A DNA stretch of 64,000 nt from Promethearchaeota archaeon (GCA_048938025.1 JBHLMP010000005.1:44551-108550); one strand, 5' to 3'. Shown: positions 50,683 through 59,885, counted from the stretch's first letter. Made by a program: numbers and translations. The notes: a model not told the origin generated them from the letters alone.

Positions 50683-51243
50683 TTAAGTTGGGTTTTTGTT
50701 TTTTTCGAATAAGCTTGGTAAAAAATTGACAAATTCACTCATCTCTTCTTTACTATGCTTGCGTAGCGCTTCGATAAATTGTTTTGGAACTCTGGCAGGT
50801 AATCGAAATGTTGTGCGTAATCTTGTTCCATTTTCAATTGATTCATATTCGTGTAAAGCCCAACTTGTTGGATTGTCATTGTGATTAAGAATACTCATTA
50901 CTAATGCATGGTCATATTCAATTGGTATAGGTGAAGTACTCGGATCTTCCCATCGGATTCTTAAAGTGGTGGGGAGCCCCCCAATATTTTCATTAATCCT
51001 TTGTATCGCCCCTATATGACCTTTTTTAGGGGAAACTTCCCATTGAAAAGATTGATGGTCTTTCGGATGCCATAATTTATAGCGCTTGTTTGTATCTATA
51101 TTATCCCACCACCAATCTATCATTTCTGGTGTAACTCCATTCAATATGTGATCGACTACTAAATCCATCGTTTGACCTTTTGACATTTTATGTATTTGTT
51201 CCATAATCTTATCTGATTCGTTACTCGGTGGTTCTTTTGACAT
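50683..51243 (-). CDS. PhlG/DAPG-hydrolase-like (Bet v1 fold) protein
   Basis: GVTPEMIDWWW...RYKLWHPKDH...HSKEEM...FLP. Confidence 0.75.
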   Translation of the reverse strand: MSKEPPSNESDKIMEQIHKMSKGQTMDLVVDHILNGVTPEMIDWWWDNIDTNKRYKLWHPKDHQSFQWEVSPKKGHIGAIQRINENIGGLPTTLRIRWEDPSTSPIPIEYDHALVMSILNHNDNPTSWALHEYESIENGTRLRTTFRLPARVPKQFIEALRKHSKEEMSEFVNFLPSLFEKNKNPT

Positions 51244-51425
51244 ATTTTCAATTACTAATTCAATAAAAATAAATTAATAATAATAACTAATGATTTGTTG
51301 TTTTTATTTGATACTTTATTAATTACTTCAGAAATTTAAACAATACTTCGATTGACTAATTATAAGTTAAACATAAAAATGCTTTAATTCATTAAAAAGA
51401 GCTAAATTTATCCACACTTTTCTGC

Positions 51426-51782
51426 TTATAATTTAATTGATTTTTTATGAGCCCACTCCATAAGAGGTATCATAGCATCTTTTACTTCTATGCCATCTTG
51501 TGTCAATGTATATTCGACTCTTGGTGGAATTTCTGCGAAAGTTTCTCTTTTTATAAGCTCTGCTTTTTCTAATTCTTTTAATCTCATTGATAAGGTTCTT
51601 GGACTTATTCCTTCTAAACTTTTCATAAGCTCATTAAATCTAATTCTTTTATTATTACTAATTGTACCTATAATTACCAATGCCCATTTTTTACTTAAAA
51701 CTTCAATAACTCCTTCAATCGGGCAAAAACATATCCCATTTTCCTCTGTATTGTTACATTTAGAATTAGTATTCTTATTGAT
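51426..51782 (-). CDS. HxlR family regulator with N-terminal CFCP; probable ATC start at 51782
   Basis: CFCPIEGVIEVLSKKWALVII...RFNEL...ISPRTLSMRLKELE...PPRVEYTLT. Confidence 0.9.
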   Translation of the reverse strand: MNKNTNSKCNNTEENGICFCPIEGVIEVLSKKWALVIIGTISNNKRIRFNELMKSLEGISPRTLSMRLKELEKAELIKRETFAEIPPRVEYTLTQDGIEVKDAMIPLMEWAHKKSIKL

Positions 51783-51800
51783 AGTAAATCACCTTATTTT

Positions 51801-51858
51801 TACTTACTATGCTGCTATACACTTACTAATTTAAATACTTTACTATTTATACTTAATA
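51801..51858. promoter_or_regulatory. Repeated TACTT(T)ACTA boxes in the divergent HxlR/peptide promoter
   Basis: TACTTACTA, CACTTACTA, TACTTTACTA, TACTTAATA. Confidence 0.45.
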
Positions 51859-51932
51859 TATAATATATAGCAATTAATTAAAAATTTATTTATTGGAATT
51901 AAAATAAAAAAAATTTTGGAGGAAATAAAAAA

Positions 51933-52064
51933 ATGACTGATCAACTTAGGCCAGTAAAAGATTTGGAACCTATAAAGGAAGATAAAGCTTGTGTTTGCAA
52001 TTGTATAAACTCAAATGATAGCGATTGTGAAGAAGAAACAACATCAAAAGAAGATTGTTGTTAG
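51933..52064 (+). CDS. 43-aa acidic Cys-rich peptide (metallothionein-like)
   Basis: GGAGG SD; MTDQLRPVKDLEPIKEDKACVCNCINSNDSDCEEETTSKEDCC; tandem stops TAG TAA. Confidence 0.7.
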   Translation: MTDQLRPVKDLEPIKEDKACVCNCINSNDSDCEEETTSKEDCC

Positions 52065-52209
52065 TAAAAGTGAATAGAATTTGCATAGATGCAACCTTCA
52101 ATCTAGTGGACCTTTATTCCTGTCTAAAAGATATTCGTAAGAGACTTTGATAGAAATATTATTTCTGAATGGATTTTTAAATCCAGAATTCCTTTCTCTG
52201 AGCTAAATA

Positions 52210-52378
52210 AAAAATCTTTTATTTAATTAAGTGCTTTTCTTCTTTAATAAAATTAGGCAAAAAGGTAAGAAGTATGGTACTTTTAATAATTAGTGGAATT
52301 TCTGCAATAATAATAGGAATAGGAATTATAGGACTTTGGAAAAAGTTGCTTCTTTATAGTTATTTTGCAAAGGAATAA
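52210..52378 (+). pseudogene. Truncated duplicate of the 49901 gene and its promoter (repeat copy 2, 52210-52340)
   Basis: MVLLIISGISAIIIGIGIIGLWKKLLLYSYFAKE* versus IVLLIISGIYAIIIGIGIIGLWTMLLL. Confidence 0.7.
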
Positions 52379-52402
52379 AAAAAATAGAATCTAGTTAATT
52401 TA

Positions 52403-53821
52403 TTAGATTCCTAAATAATTAAGAGCTCTCTGCTTTACTTCTTCCATTTTTTTAATTTTTATATTAATTTCGTCTTTCTCTGTTATCATATTCAAGGTTA
52501 ATGTGAGTTTTCCACTTACTCCCACTGCTCCTATAATTAAAGGTATTGAACGGCCGGCAGAGGGTGCAAAATACATTTTATCTATAATTAAATCTCCAAA
52601 ATTTTCTTGATAATTCAATCGACCCAAGTTTGTAGTTGTCATGCCCGGAAGCGCACTCTTAAACTTATTAGAGATTTTAACCGCAACGTTCTTCTTGTTT
52701 TTGGTGAGATTCTCTAGCTTTTTAAGTCGTGGATCTTTATTAGTTTTCAGCTCATGATATTGTCCTAAGGTAATAAATCCCTCAATTAAAGAGGGTTCGA
52801 GGTTTTCCAAATTTGCTGCTGCGGTAAATACCTTGCGGCTATTGATCTTTTTTACTGCAACTTTATGGAACATTTGGGCATTTTCCCAGAAGCCTTTTTT
52901 ATGATTGTATTTAAATTTCATAATTATACTTCCCACAAACAAGCCAAAAGAACCCTCATTACCTGTATTGATTCTTGTTCTCAAATCATAGGGAATTGCT
53001 ATTTTTTTCTGATTATTCTTAAATTGTCCAAAAACTTCTTGATAGGCAATATAAAATGCAGTTGTTAAGGCAGAATTGATGGTAATTTCATGCTCTTTAC
53101 ATAATTGATTAAATTCCTTAGTCTTTTCTCTTGTTAATTCTAAAAGCACCACATCATATATATAATGCTCCCAAAATGTATCACGTAATTTCTTAAATTC
53201 CTCTCCTTCGATATAAAAAGAATCCTTCTTCCACCTTGAATTAATTGAGTTAAATATTTTTGATTTCAACTTATTCTTAATTCTTCCTTTGGACTTAGTA
53301 TCAGATAAAGCGCTCAAGGATAATTGAGGGGGCGCAATTGTTTTTATTTCCATATTTGGATTTGCGATAAATGTTAAAATGTCTCGGAGCAAGTTCGCAA
53401 GGGCAGTTCCATCGCAGATTGTATGAAGGCAAAATACGATTATATCAGAAATATCATTTGATTGTAATAAGATGAATCTAATCAGTGGGCCTGTAAAAAT
53501 GTCGAAGGGTATTTTATGTTCATTTTGAATTACTTTAATAAAATGATAATCAGAAATTCGCTTTACTACTTTCAGAGGGATCTCTGGCACATTATCTTCA
53601 TAAAACCAAGCAATATGGTCGTTATCAAAAACTACTCTAGCAGATAATAATGGATGCATGACTTGGGCTTTGGATAGCGCATTTTTGAGTTGAGTTTCAG
53701 AGATCGTTCCTATGATTCGCACAATTACTGACACATTAGCATTAGGTGTACGTAAAAACTTTAGTTCGTTATTTAATACTTTACGAAGTTTCCCATTTTC
53801 TTGATCTGGTCTAATACTCAT
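52403..53821 (-). CDS. Condensation-domain / PapA5-like CoA-dependent acyltransferase
   Basis: HPLL, LHTICDGT (HxxxDG), DLR, TTNLG. Confidence 0.85.
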   Translation of the reverse strand: MSIRPDQENGKLRKVLNNELKFLRTPNANVSVIVRIIGTISETQLKNALSKAQVMHPLLSARVVFDNDHIAWFYEDNVPEIPLKVVKRISDYHFIKVIQNEHKIPFDIFTGPLIRFILLQSNDISDIIVFCLHTICDGTALANLLRDILTFIANPNMEIKTIAPPQLSLSALSDTKSKGRIKNKLKSKIFNSINSRWKKDSFYIEGEEFKKLRDTFWEHYIYDVVLLELTREKTKEFNQLCKEHEITINSALTTAFYIAYQEVFGQFKNNQKKIAIPYDLRTRINTGNEGSFGLFVGSIIMKFKYNHKKGFWENAQMFHKVAVKKINSRKVFTAAANLENLEPSLIEGFITLGQYHELKTNKDPRLKKLENLTKNKKNVAVKISNKFKSALPGMTTTNLGRLNYQENFGDLIIDKMYFAPSAGRSIPLIIGAVGVSGKLTLTLNMITEKDEINIKIKKMEEVKQRALNYLGI

Positions 53822-53861
53822 TTCTTTTCACCTTTTTAAATTAGATTTTAATTAAATTTAA

Positions 53862-53901
53862 AAGTAAGTAAGACTTACTTATAGGTAAGTAACACTTACT
53901 T
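53862..53901. promoter_or_regulatory. Tandem TetR operator
   Basis: AAGTAAGT-AAG-ACTTACTT (53862-53880) and AGGTAAGT-AAC-ACTTACTT (53883-53901). Confidence 0.8.
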
Positions 53902-53959
53902 ATAAATGTTATTCATCATTTTAAAACCAAAAGAACGTTAAAAATAGAGTGTTTTTATC

Positions 53960-54559
53960 ATGGGAAAGAAACAACACAAAAAACGTAAAACTCGCGAGGA
54001 AAATATAAACCTCATTAAAGAAACTACGTTAAAAATGATTGAAGAAATAGGATATCCAAATACTTCTACTAATGAAATAGCGAAACGTTCAGGGGTGAAC
54101 ATTGGATTACTATATAGATATTTTCCTGATGGTAAACCGAGTATTCTTAGAGAAATTGGGATGTCTTTTGTTGAAAAAATGAATATAATTCCTGATATTA
54201 TCATAAAAGATCCTCTTCAGTTCCTAAATGGATTATTGATGAAATTGATAGAAACTCATAGGGAAAGAGGAACCATATTAAAAGCAATGACAATCGCATT
54301 TCTATCAAACGATAAAATACTGGAAGATGCAGTATCTCTACTAACTATTGATAGAGATTATGTGAATTTTTACAAGAAAATTTTTCTTCAATTAGGGTAT
54401 TCAGATCAAAACGATTTGGAAGAGAAATGTTTAATAATTCTTCATGTTATTGACTCTATGATCCATCGACAAGTAATTGTGAGAGAAATTGTTCAATCGG
54501 ATGAATTACTTGCCAAGCATTTAGCAACTTTAATTTTAAAATATTTAGATTTAGATTGA
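53960..54559 (+). CDS. TetR/AcrR family regulator
   Basis: GYPNTSTNEIAKRSGVNIGLLYRYFPDGK. Confidence 0.92.
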   Translation: MGKKQHKKRKTREENINLIKETTLKMIEEIGYPNTSTNEIAKRSGVNIGLLYRYFPDGKPSILREIGMSFVEKMNIIPDIIIKDPLQFLNGLLMKLIETHRERGTILKAMTIAFLSNDKILEDAVSLLTIDRDYVNFYKKIFLQLGYSDQNDLEEKCLIILHVIDSMIHRQVIVREIVQSDELLAKHLATLILKYLDLD

Positions 54560-54618
54560 GTTTTATTGGTTTAGGTTATTTCTTTATTTGGTAGAGTAGC
54601 CAAGTGAAAGCAGCATGG

Positions 54619-54636
54619 AGGTGGTAATTACCACCT
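54619..54636. repeat. Perfect 18-bp palindrome between convergent genes
   Basis: AGGTGGTAATTACCACCT. Confidence 0.7.
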
Positions 54637-54729
54637 AATCTAAAGATCTACAAATTTCATTTATCATTTAGCTATCCTTAGATCATTGTTTTTGCCCAAA
54701 ATTAATAAGTAAAATAGTAAGAAACAGAT

Positions 54730-55164
54730 TCAAATCCCTGTTAAATAAAGAATAATGAATTGGATTAATTCGATAATACCTTTACCTTTATCACTTAATT
54801 CGTACAAAACTTTGGGGGGTCGATCATCTTGGACAGTTCTTGTTATTAAATTAAGACCCTCAAGTTGTTTAAGACGATCTGATAATGAACGTGAAGAGAT
54901 ACCTTCCATATGACGCATCATTTCATTAAAATTCATTCTTGAATGGATCTCTAATTCATATAAAATTCGCACATTCCATTTTTTTCTAATAAATTCAAAA
55001 GTTTTTAAAAAGAATTTCATTTCTTCAATATTTCGTGCTTCGTCATGTTCGATATTCTGAAAATGTGAATCCATTAGCTCCTTAACTAATTTTCTTGAAT
55101 CTTTAAGTAACTGATCTAAAGGTCTTAATTTTTCATCTATGAGTTTATCCAAGATCTTTTTCAC
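54730..55164 (-). CDS. HxlR family regulator
   Basis: KKWNVRILYEL, FNEM, ISSRSLSDRLKQLE, RPPKVLYELSDKG. Confidence 0.9.
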   Translation of the reverse strand: MKKILDKLIDEKLRPLDQLLKDSRKLVKELMDSHFQNIEHDEARNIEEMKFFLKTFEFIRKKWNVRILYELEIHSRMNFNEMMRHMEGISSRSLSDRLKQLEGLNLITRTVQDDRPPKVLYELSDKGKGIIELIQFIILYLTGI

Positions 55165-55178
55165 AAATTTAATTTTAA

Positions 55179-55198
55179 TACTTTAAAACTGTAAAGTA
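55179..55198. promoter_or_regulatory. Inverted repeat, putative HxlR operator
   Basis: TACTTTA-N6-TAAAGTA just upstream of the HxlR start. Confidence 0.55.
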
Positions 55199-55321
55199 AG
55201 TGATTTTCTATTTACTGACTTCTTTATATATTAGTTTCCTTATATTTTTTATTGTAAAAATAAAAACTAAAAGTATTTGCGAGTAAATAAAGAAGAAGAT
55301 TAAATATGTTAAATTTCTAAG

Positions 55322-56410
55322 GTGGTTAAAATAGATAAATTAATAATTGTTGGATCGAAAAACATAAAAGATAAAGTTAAATATTGCTTAGAAACGATTG
55401 ATTTTAAACCGAGTTCTAATGAATTCGTTTTAAAACCAAATATTGTATATAAACATAAGTCAGGATCGGGTCATATTACTGATATTAGAATAGTTGAGTC
55501 TTTGATAGAAATTTTAAATGAAAATTACAATGCAAAGAAGATCATTATTGCCGAGGGTCCAACTCTCCTTCTAGAAAACCCTATGGAATTATTTGAATAT
55601 GTGGGATATACTAAATTAGTAAAAAAATTTCATAATGTTTCTTTAGTGGATATTTATCAAACAAGCTATAAGAAAAATAATAATCATTTTATGGTGCCTG
55701 AAATTTTAGAAGGGCGTTCGTTAATAAATCTTCCAGTATTAAAAGGTCATGCGCAAGTGGGCCTAACTTGTGCGATTAAGAATCTGAAAGGATTATTGCA
55801 AAGATCAGATAAGAAAAAATTTCATCAAGAGGGATTACATGAACATTTATCTACTCTAGTGAATTTAAAACCAGAAATTACTTTAGTAGATGCAATTACT
55901 TGTCAAGAATGCGAAGGTGATTTTTTGTCAAAAAAATACAAATTTAATTTATTAATATGCAGTAAAAACCCTCTTATAATTGATGATTTTTGTTCAAAAC
56001 TAGTAGGTTTTAATATTGATGAAATTCCTTACCTAAAAATGCTTATAGAAAAAGAATCACTTAATTATAAAATAATTGGAGATTATGAGTTATTAGCAAC
56101 TTGGAATGCACCTAAATATGAATTAAGTTATGGTAAAATTGATATTTATCATAATGATTGTTGCAGTTATTGTGTTGGAGCGTTGCTTCATTATTTAACT
56201 CCAAAAAGGTACAAAAAACATAAAAAGTTAGGTTTAATTTTACACATAATAAGTTTGAGCTTGAAAAAAGAGAGGATTTCTTTTATTATGGGAAAAAATA
56301 TGAATATAAATGAAGATATTGAAGGAAAAGTTTTTCTCTTTGGAAACTGTGCTAAAAACCTTTATCCTGGAGAATTTATTGCTGGTTGTCCACCTAACTT
56401 TAAGGATTAG
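55322..56410 (+). CDS. DUF362 domain Fe-S protein
   Basis: LKPN, IAEG, INLPVLKGH...TCAIKNLKG, CCSYC, GNC...GCPP. Confidence 0.85.
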   Translation: MVKIDKLIIVGSKNIKDKVKYCLETIDFKPSSNEFVLKPNIVYKHKSGSGHITDIRIVESLIEILNENYNAKKIIIAEGPTLLLENPMELFEYVGYTKLVKKFHNVSLVDIYQTSYKKNNNHFMVPEILEGRSLINLPVLKGHAQVGLTCAIKNLKGLLQRSDKKKFHQEGLHEHLSTLVNLKPEITLVDAITCQECEGDFLSKKYKFNLLICSKNPLIIDDFCSKLVGFNIDEIPYLKMLIEKESLNYKIIGDYELLATWNAPKYELSYGKIDIYHNDCCSYCVGALLHYLTPKRYKKHKKLGLILHIISLSLKKERISFIMGKNMNINEDIEGKVFLFGNCAKNLYPGEFIAGCPPNFKD

Positions 56411-56509
56411 ATTTCCTAAAAAACTCATTATTTGAAAAAATTATTTTTTAATGATACTAACAAAAAATTAGAATAATAAGAAATATGAATAGAGATAGAG
56501 GGATTAAAA

Positions 56510-57286
56510 ATAGAGCAGAAAAAAGGTTTTAACTTACTGAAGGATAAAGTTCCCGAATTTAGGAGTCCTTTAAAAGCAGTAATTATTATTATTATCGGGC
56601 TGTTTATTTTTCTAGATATTATGATCTTTTTCTGGTGGTTTGATAGACTGGTAGGGTACGGATTTTTCATCAGTCAGTCAATTAATGCACTTATTGCTTC
56701 GGTTTTTATATACTGTTTTACAACAATGGCAGATAAATACAAAAAGAAATACGGAGAATTAGCATACCGATATTTCTTCTTCCATATTGTTATATTAATG
56801 CTTATAACTGGAAATGCCGGCATTTTCCATGTTCTTATAATAGAGGGACCTTCTCTGCTTCCTCTATGGCTTGCTATAGTACTTGGAGTTCTTTTTATTT
56901 TTATGCGCTTTTTATTCGAATGGCATCTTCGCAATTCTGGTTTTAATGAGGTTGGACATGGTCTTGGAATATACATGCTATTTCCAGAAGAAGGAACTCA
57001 AATTAATTCCGAGATCTACTCATTTATTCGACATCCTATGTATGCTGGAGATCTATGCCTTGCTTTTGGTTTTGCTTTTTTAAAAAACAATCTCTTCGCT
57101 TTTCTAATTGCCTTGATTGCTTTCATCCCATTTATAGTAGCAATGAAGTGTGAAGATAAGGAGTTAATAAAGCGATTTGGAGAAAAACATAAGCAGTATA
57201 TTAAAGAGACTGGTGCTATCATCCCGCATTTGAAAAAAATAGGAAAATTTCTAATATTTCTCTTTTCTAAGAAAAAAATCCAATAG
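56510..57286 (+). CDS. Isoprenylcysteine carboxyl methyltransferase/PEMT-like membrane protein; probable ATA start at 56510
   Basis: IYSFIRHPMYAG, EDKELIKRFGE..KQY. The frame stays open 37 codons upstream of ATG 56621 and includes an extra TM helix. Confidence 0.8.
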   Translation: MEQKKGFNLLKDKVPEFRSPLKAVIIIIIGLFIFLDIMIFFWWFDRLVGYGFFISQSINALIASVFIYCFTTMADKYKKKYGELAYRYFFFHIVILMLITGNAGIFHVLIIEGPSLLPLWLAIVLGVLFIFMRFLFEWHLRNSGFNEVGHGLGIYMLFPEEGTQINSEIYSFIRHPMYAGDLCLAFGFAFLKNNLFAFLIALIAFIPFIVAMKCEDKELIKRFGEKHKQYIKETGAIIPHLKKIGKFLIFLFSKKKIQ

Positions 57287-57310
57287 TATCAACTATAGTT
57301 ATTATTATAA

Positions 57311-58570
57311 CTAGAACGCCCATTCTCCATTTCGCATTATTGGTTCTGCGGTTTTATCTTCTAAGATTCCATCTACATTCATTTCTCCCGAACCAATCAT
57401 AAAATCAAGATGGATAAGGCTATTATTACCTCCAGCAGCCATGAATTCTTCATCAGTTAATGCTTTACCATTTTTCAATGAATCTCTATAAGCTTGACCT
57501 AATGCGATATGATTTGAAGCATTCTCATCGATTAACATACTGTAAAAGAGCAAACCAGATTGGGAGATAGGTGAACTATGTGGTACTAAGGCGATCTCTC
57601 CTAATTGGCGCGCCCCTTCATCTGTTTCAAGCGTTTTAAGTATGAATTCCTCTCCCTTTTCTGCTTGAGCTTCAACTATTCGACCTTTAGAGAACTTTAA
57701 AAAACACTTTTCGATTGTGCACCCCCCATAATATACTGGTCTAGTAGTAGTAACAACCCCCTCAACGTTATCTTTATGTGGCATTGTAAAGACTTCTTCG
57801 GTAGGTATATTAGCTGCAAAAGTTATCCCATTCTGGGCAGTAGACCTTCCACCTTCCCAATAATGGTCTTTAGGCAAACCAATCATTAAATCCGTCCCAG
57901 GAGCAGTCAATTTTAACGCAGTATACTGTTTTTGATTTAAATAATCAGAACGCTTTAATAGGTCATTAAGATGTTTTTCCCAAGCAGTAATCGGATCTTC
58001 TTGATTTATGCGACAAATCTCAAAGATTATATCCCAAAGTTTATCCGTTCGACTATTTTGAGGACTTTCCGGGAACAATTTATCAGCCCAATCATCATTC
58101 GGGACTGAAGCTACTAACCAGTTAAATGCATTACTCGTAACTAGATCATAAACAAGTTTCATTTGTTTATAATATGATGTTTGAAACTGAGAAATTAATT
58201 CAGGTTCCACTTCGCTCAATAAATCAGGATTCGGACTTGTAAAGTGAAGATTCGCATCTCCTGCTTTAGAAATATCATATCTTGCATCTATTCTCCATTT
58301 CGGGTATTCTTCAATTGAATTTTTAGGAGCATTCTGAAATCGGATTAAACGCAATTGCTTATCACCCCATACCACATCAACCAAGCGAGCGCCCAATTGA
58401 TAAGCCTTCTTAGCAAGTAGTCTTACCAAAGGAGCTGATTCAAGCGGAACCCCATCAGCATCTAATGTAGGACCTCCAATCAGAAGTCGCTGCCCAGGTT
58501 GGAGGTTTAACCCAATTTTTAATAAAACTTCAGCATATTTTTCTAATTTCTGTTCGAATTCAGACGACAT
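57311..58570 (-). CDS. M29 aminopeptidase (AmpS/AmpT/PepS type)
   Basis: NIPTEEVFT, LGEIALVP, DENASNHIALGQAY, SLIHLDFMIG. Confidence 0.92.
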   Translation of the reverse strand: MSSEFEQKLEKYAEVLLKIGLNLQPGQRLLIGGPTLDADGVPLESAPLVRLLAKKAYQLGARLVDVVWGDKQLRLIRFQNAPKNSIEEYPKWRIDARYDISKAGDANLHFTSPNPDLLSEVEPELISQFQTSYYKQMKLVYDLVTSNAFNWLVASVPNDDWADKLFPESPQNSRTDKLWDIIFEICRINQEDPITAWEKHLNDLLKRSDYLNQKQYTALKLTAPGTDLMIGLPKDHYWEGGRSTAQNGITFAANIPTEEVFTMPHKDNVEGVVTTTRPVYYGGCTIEKCFLKFSKGRIVEAQAEKGEEFILKTLETDEGARQLGEIALVPHSSPISQSGLLFYSMLIDENASNHIALGQAYRDSLKNGKALTDEEFMAAGGNNSLIHLDFMIGSGEMNVDGILEDKTAEPIMRNGEWAF

Positions 58571-58724
58571 GAGCTTTCAAATCTCCTTTTTAGTTTTATT
58601 AAGGTTAAGTAAATATACCTAAAAAGGATTTAGAAATATTTTTTTAATATTAAGTATTTTCTCATAAATTCTAATTAATAGCCACATCAAATCAAAAAGA
58701 ACTAAACAAAGGAGAAGACATCAA

Positions 58725-59885
58725 ATGGATGAAGAGAAAAAACCACAAAGAATATATTTCGTTGATAACTTAAGGATTTTGCTCACTATTCTGGTAATAA
58801 TGCACCATACCATGATTACCTATGGAGCTTTGGGTGGTTGGTATTATATCGACCCCAATATTGATGAGTCCACATCAATATTACTTACCGTTTTTGCTGC
58901 GCTTAACCAAGGCTTCTTTATGGGCTTTTTCTTCTTATTAAGCAGCTACTTTACACCAGGGAGTTATAATCGTAAAGGACCTCGTACCTTCTTAAAAGAT
59001 CGATTTATTCGTCTAGGGATACCGATATTGATTTATATAGCTATTGTCAATCCTCTAATGATTTATCTTCTTGCTGATATGTCAGAATCCTTTTTTGAGT
59101 TTTATTTTAGTTATTTTCGATCGTGGGAAGGAATAGAAAACTTCATTAATGGAAGTGGCCCATTATGGTTTACAGTGACACTACTGATATTTGTTCTTTT
59201 TTATTGTTTATGGAGACAAATGTTTAAGGAGAAACAGAATCCTGAGAAGGAGGGTATGCAAACTACTCCAAAAAATTCACAAATTATTTTAATCATCATA
59301 ATTATGAACTTTCTTACATTTATAGTACGATTATCGTATCCCTTGAATGGAGGTGATGTAATTCTGAACATTCAAGTCGCTAATATTGTTCAATATTCGA
59401 TAATGTTGATTTTAGGGACTATCGCATATAAGCGCGATTGGTTCAATACGATTCCTGACTCTCAAGGAAAATTATGGTTATCCATTGCCGCTTTATCTGT
59501 TGTTTACTTAATTACATTAGGTTATGTGTCGGGGGCGTTTGAAGGAGAATATGACAATGTACTAGGCGGTCTTACCTGGGAATCGTTTGTTTATACCAAT
59601 TGGGAATCCATTTACTGCATTGCAATGAGTATTGGATTAATATTTCTTTTTCGTACCAAGTTTAATACTCAAGGAAAAATTATTAAAACCATATCAGGAA
59701 ATACGTATACGATGTATCTCATCCATGCTGTAGTTCTCGTCAGTGTTTCAGTACTATTCGAGGGAATAAATGTCCCTCCATTATTAAAGTTCGTAATTGT
59801 TCTACCTATAGTTATTTTAATCTGTTTTTTAATCAGCCATTTTATTTTAAGGCGAATTCCAGGAACCAAGAGAATACTCGGTTGA
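58725..59885 (+). CDS. Acyltransferase family 3 (OpgC/MdoC-like) membrane protein
   Basis: DNLR..LVIMHH, FMGFFFLLSSYF, RFIRLGIP, GPLWF, YLIH. Confidence 0.88.
   Translation: MDEEKKPQRIYFVDNLRILLTILVIMHHTMITYGALGGWYYIDPNIDESTSILLTVFAALNQGFFMGFFFLLSSYFTPGSYNRKGPRTFLKDRFIRLGIPILIYIAIVNPLMIYLLADMSESFFEFYFSYFRSWEGIENFINGSGPLWFTVTLLIFVLFYCLWRQMFKEKQNPEKEGMQTTPKNSQIILIIIIMNFLTFIVRLSYPLNGGDVILNIQVANIVQYSIMLILGTIAYKRDWFNTIPDSQGKLWLSIAALSVVYLITLGYVSGAFEGEYDNVLGGLTWESFVYTNWESIYCIAMSIGLIFLFRTKFNTQGKIIKTISGNTYTMYLIHAVVLVSVSVLFEGINVPPLLKFVIVLPIVILICFLISHFILRRIPGTKRILG

Noticed and set aside
54590-54660. tRNA gene
   Set aside because: No GTTCRA T-loop, no anticodon arm and no complete acceptor stem.
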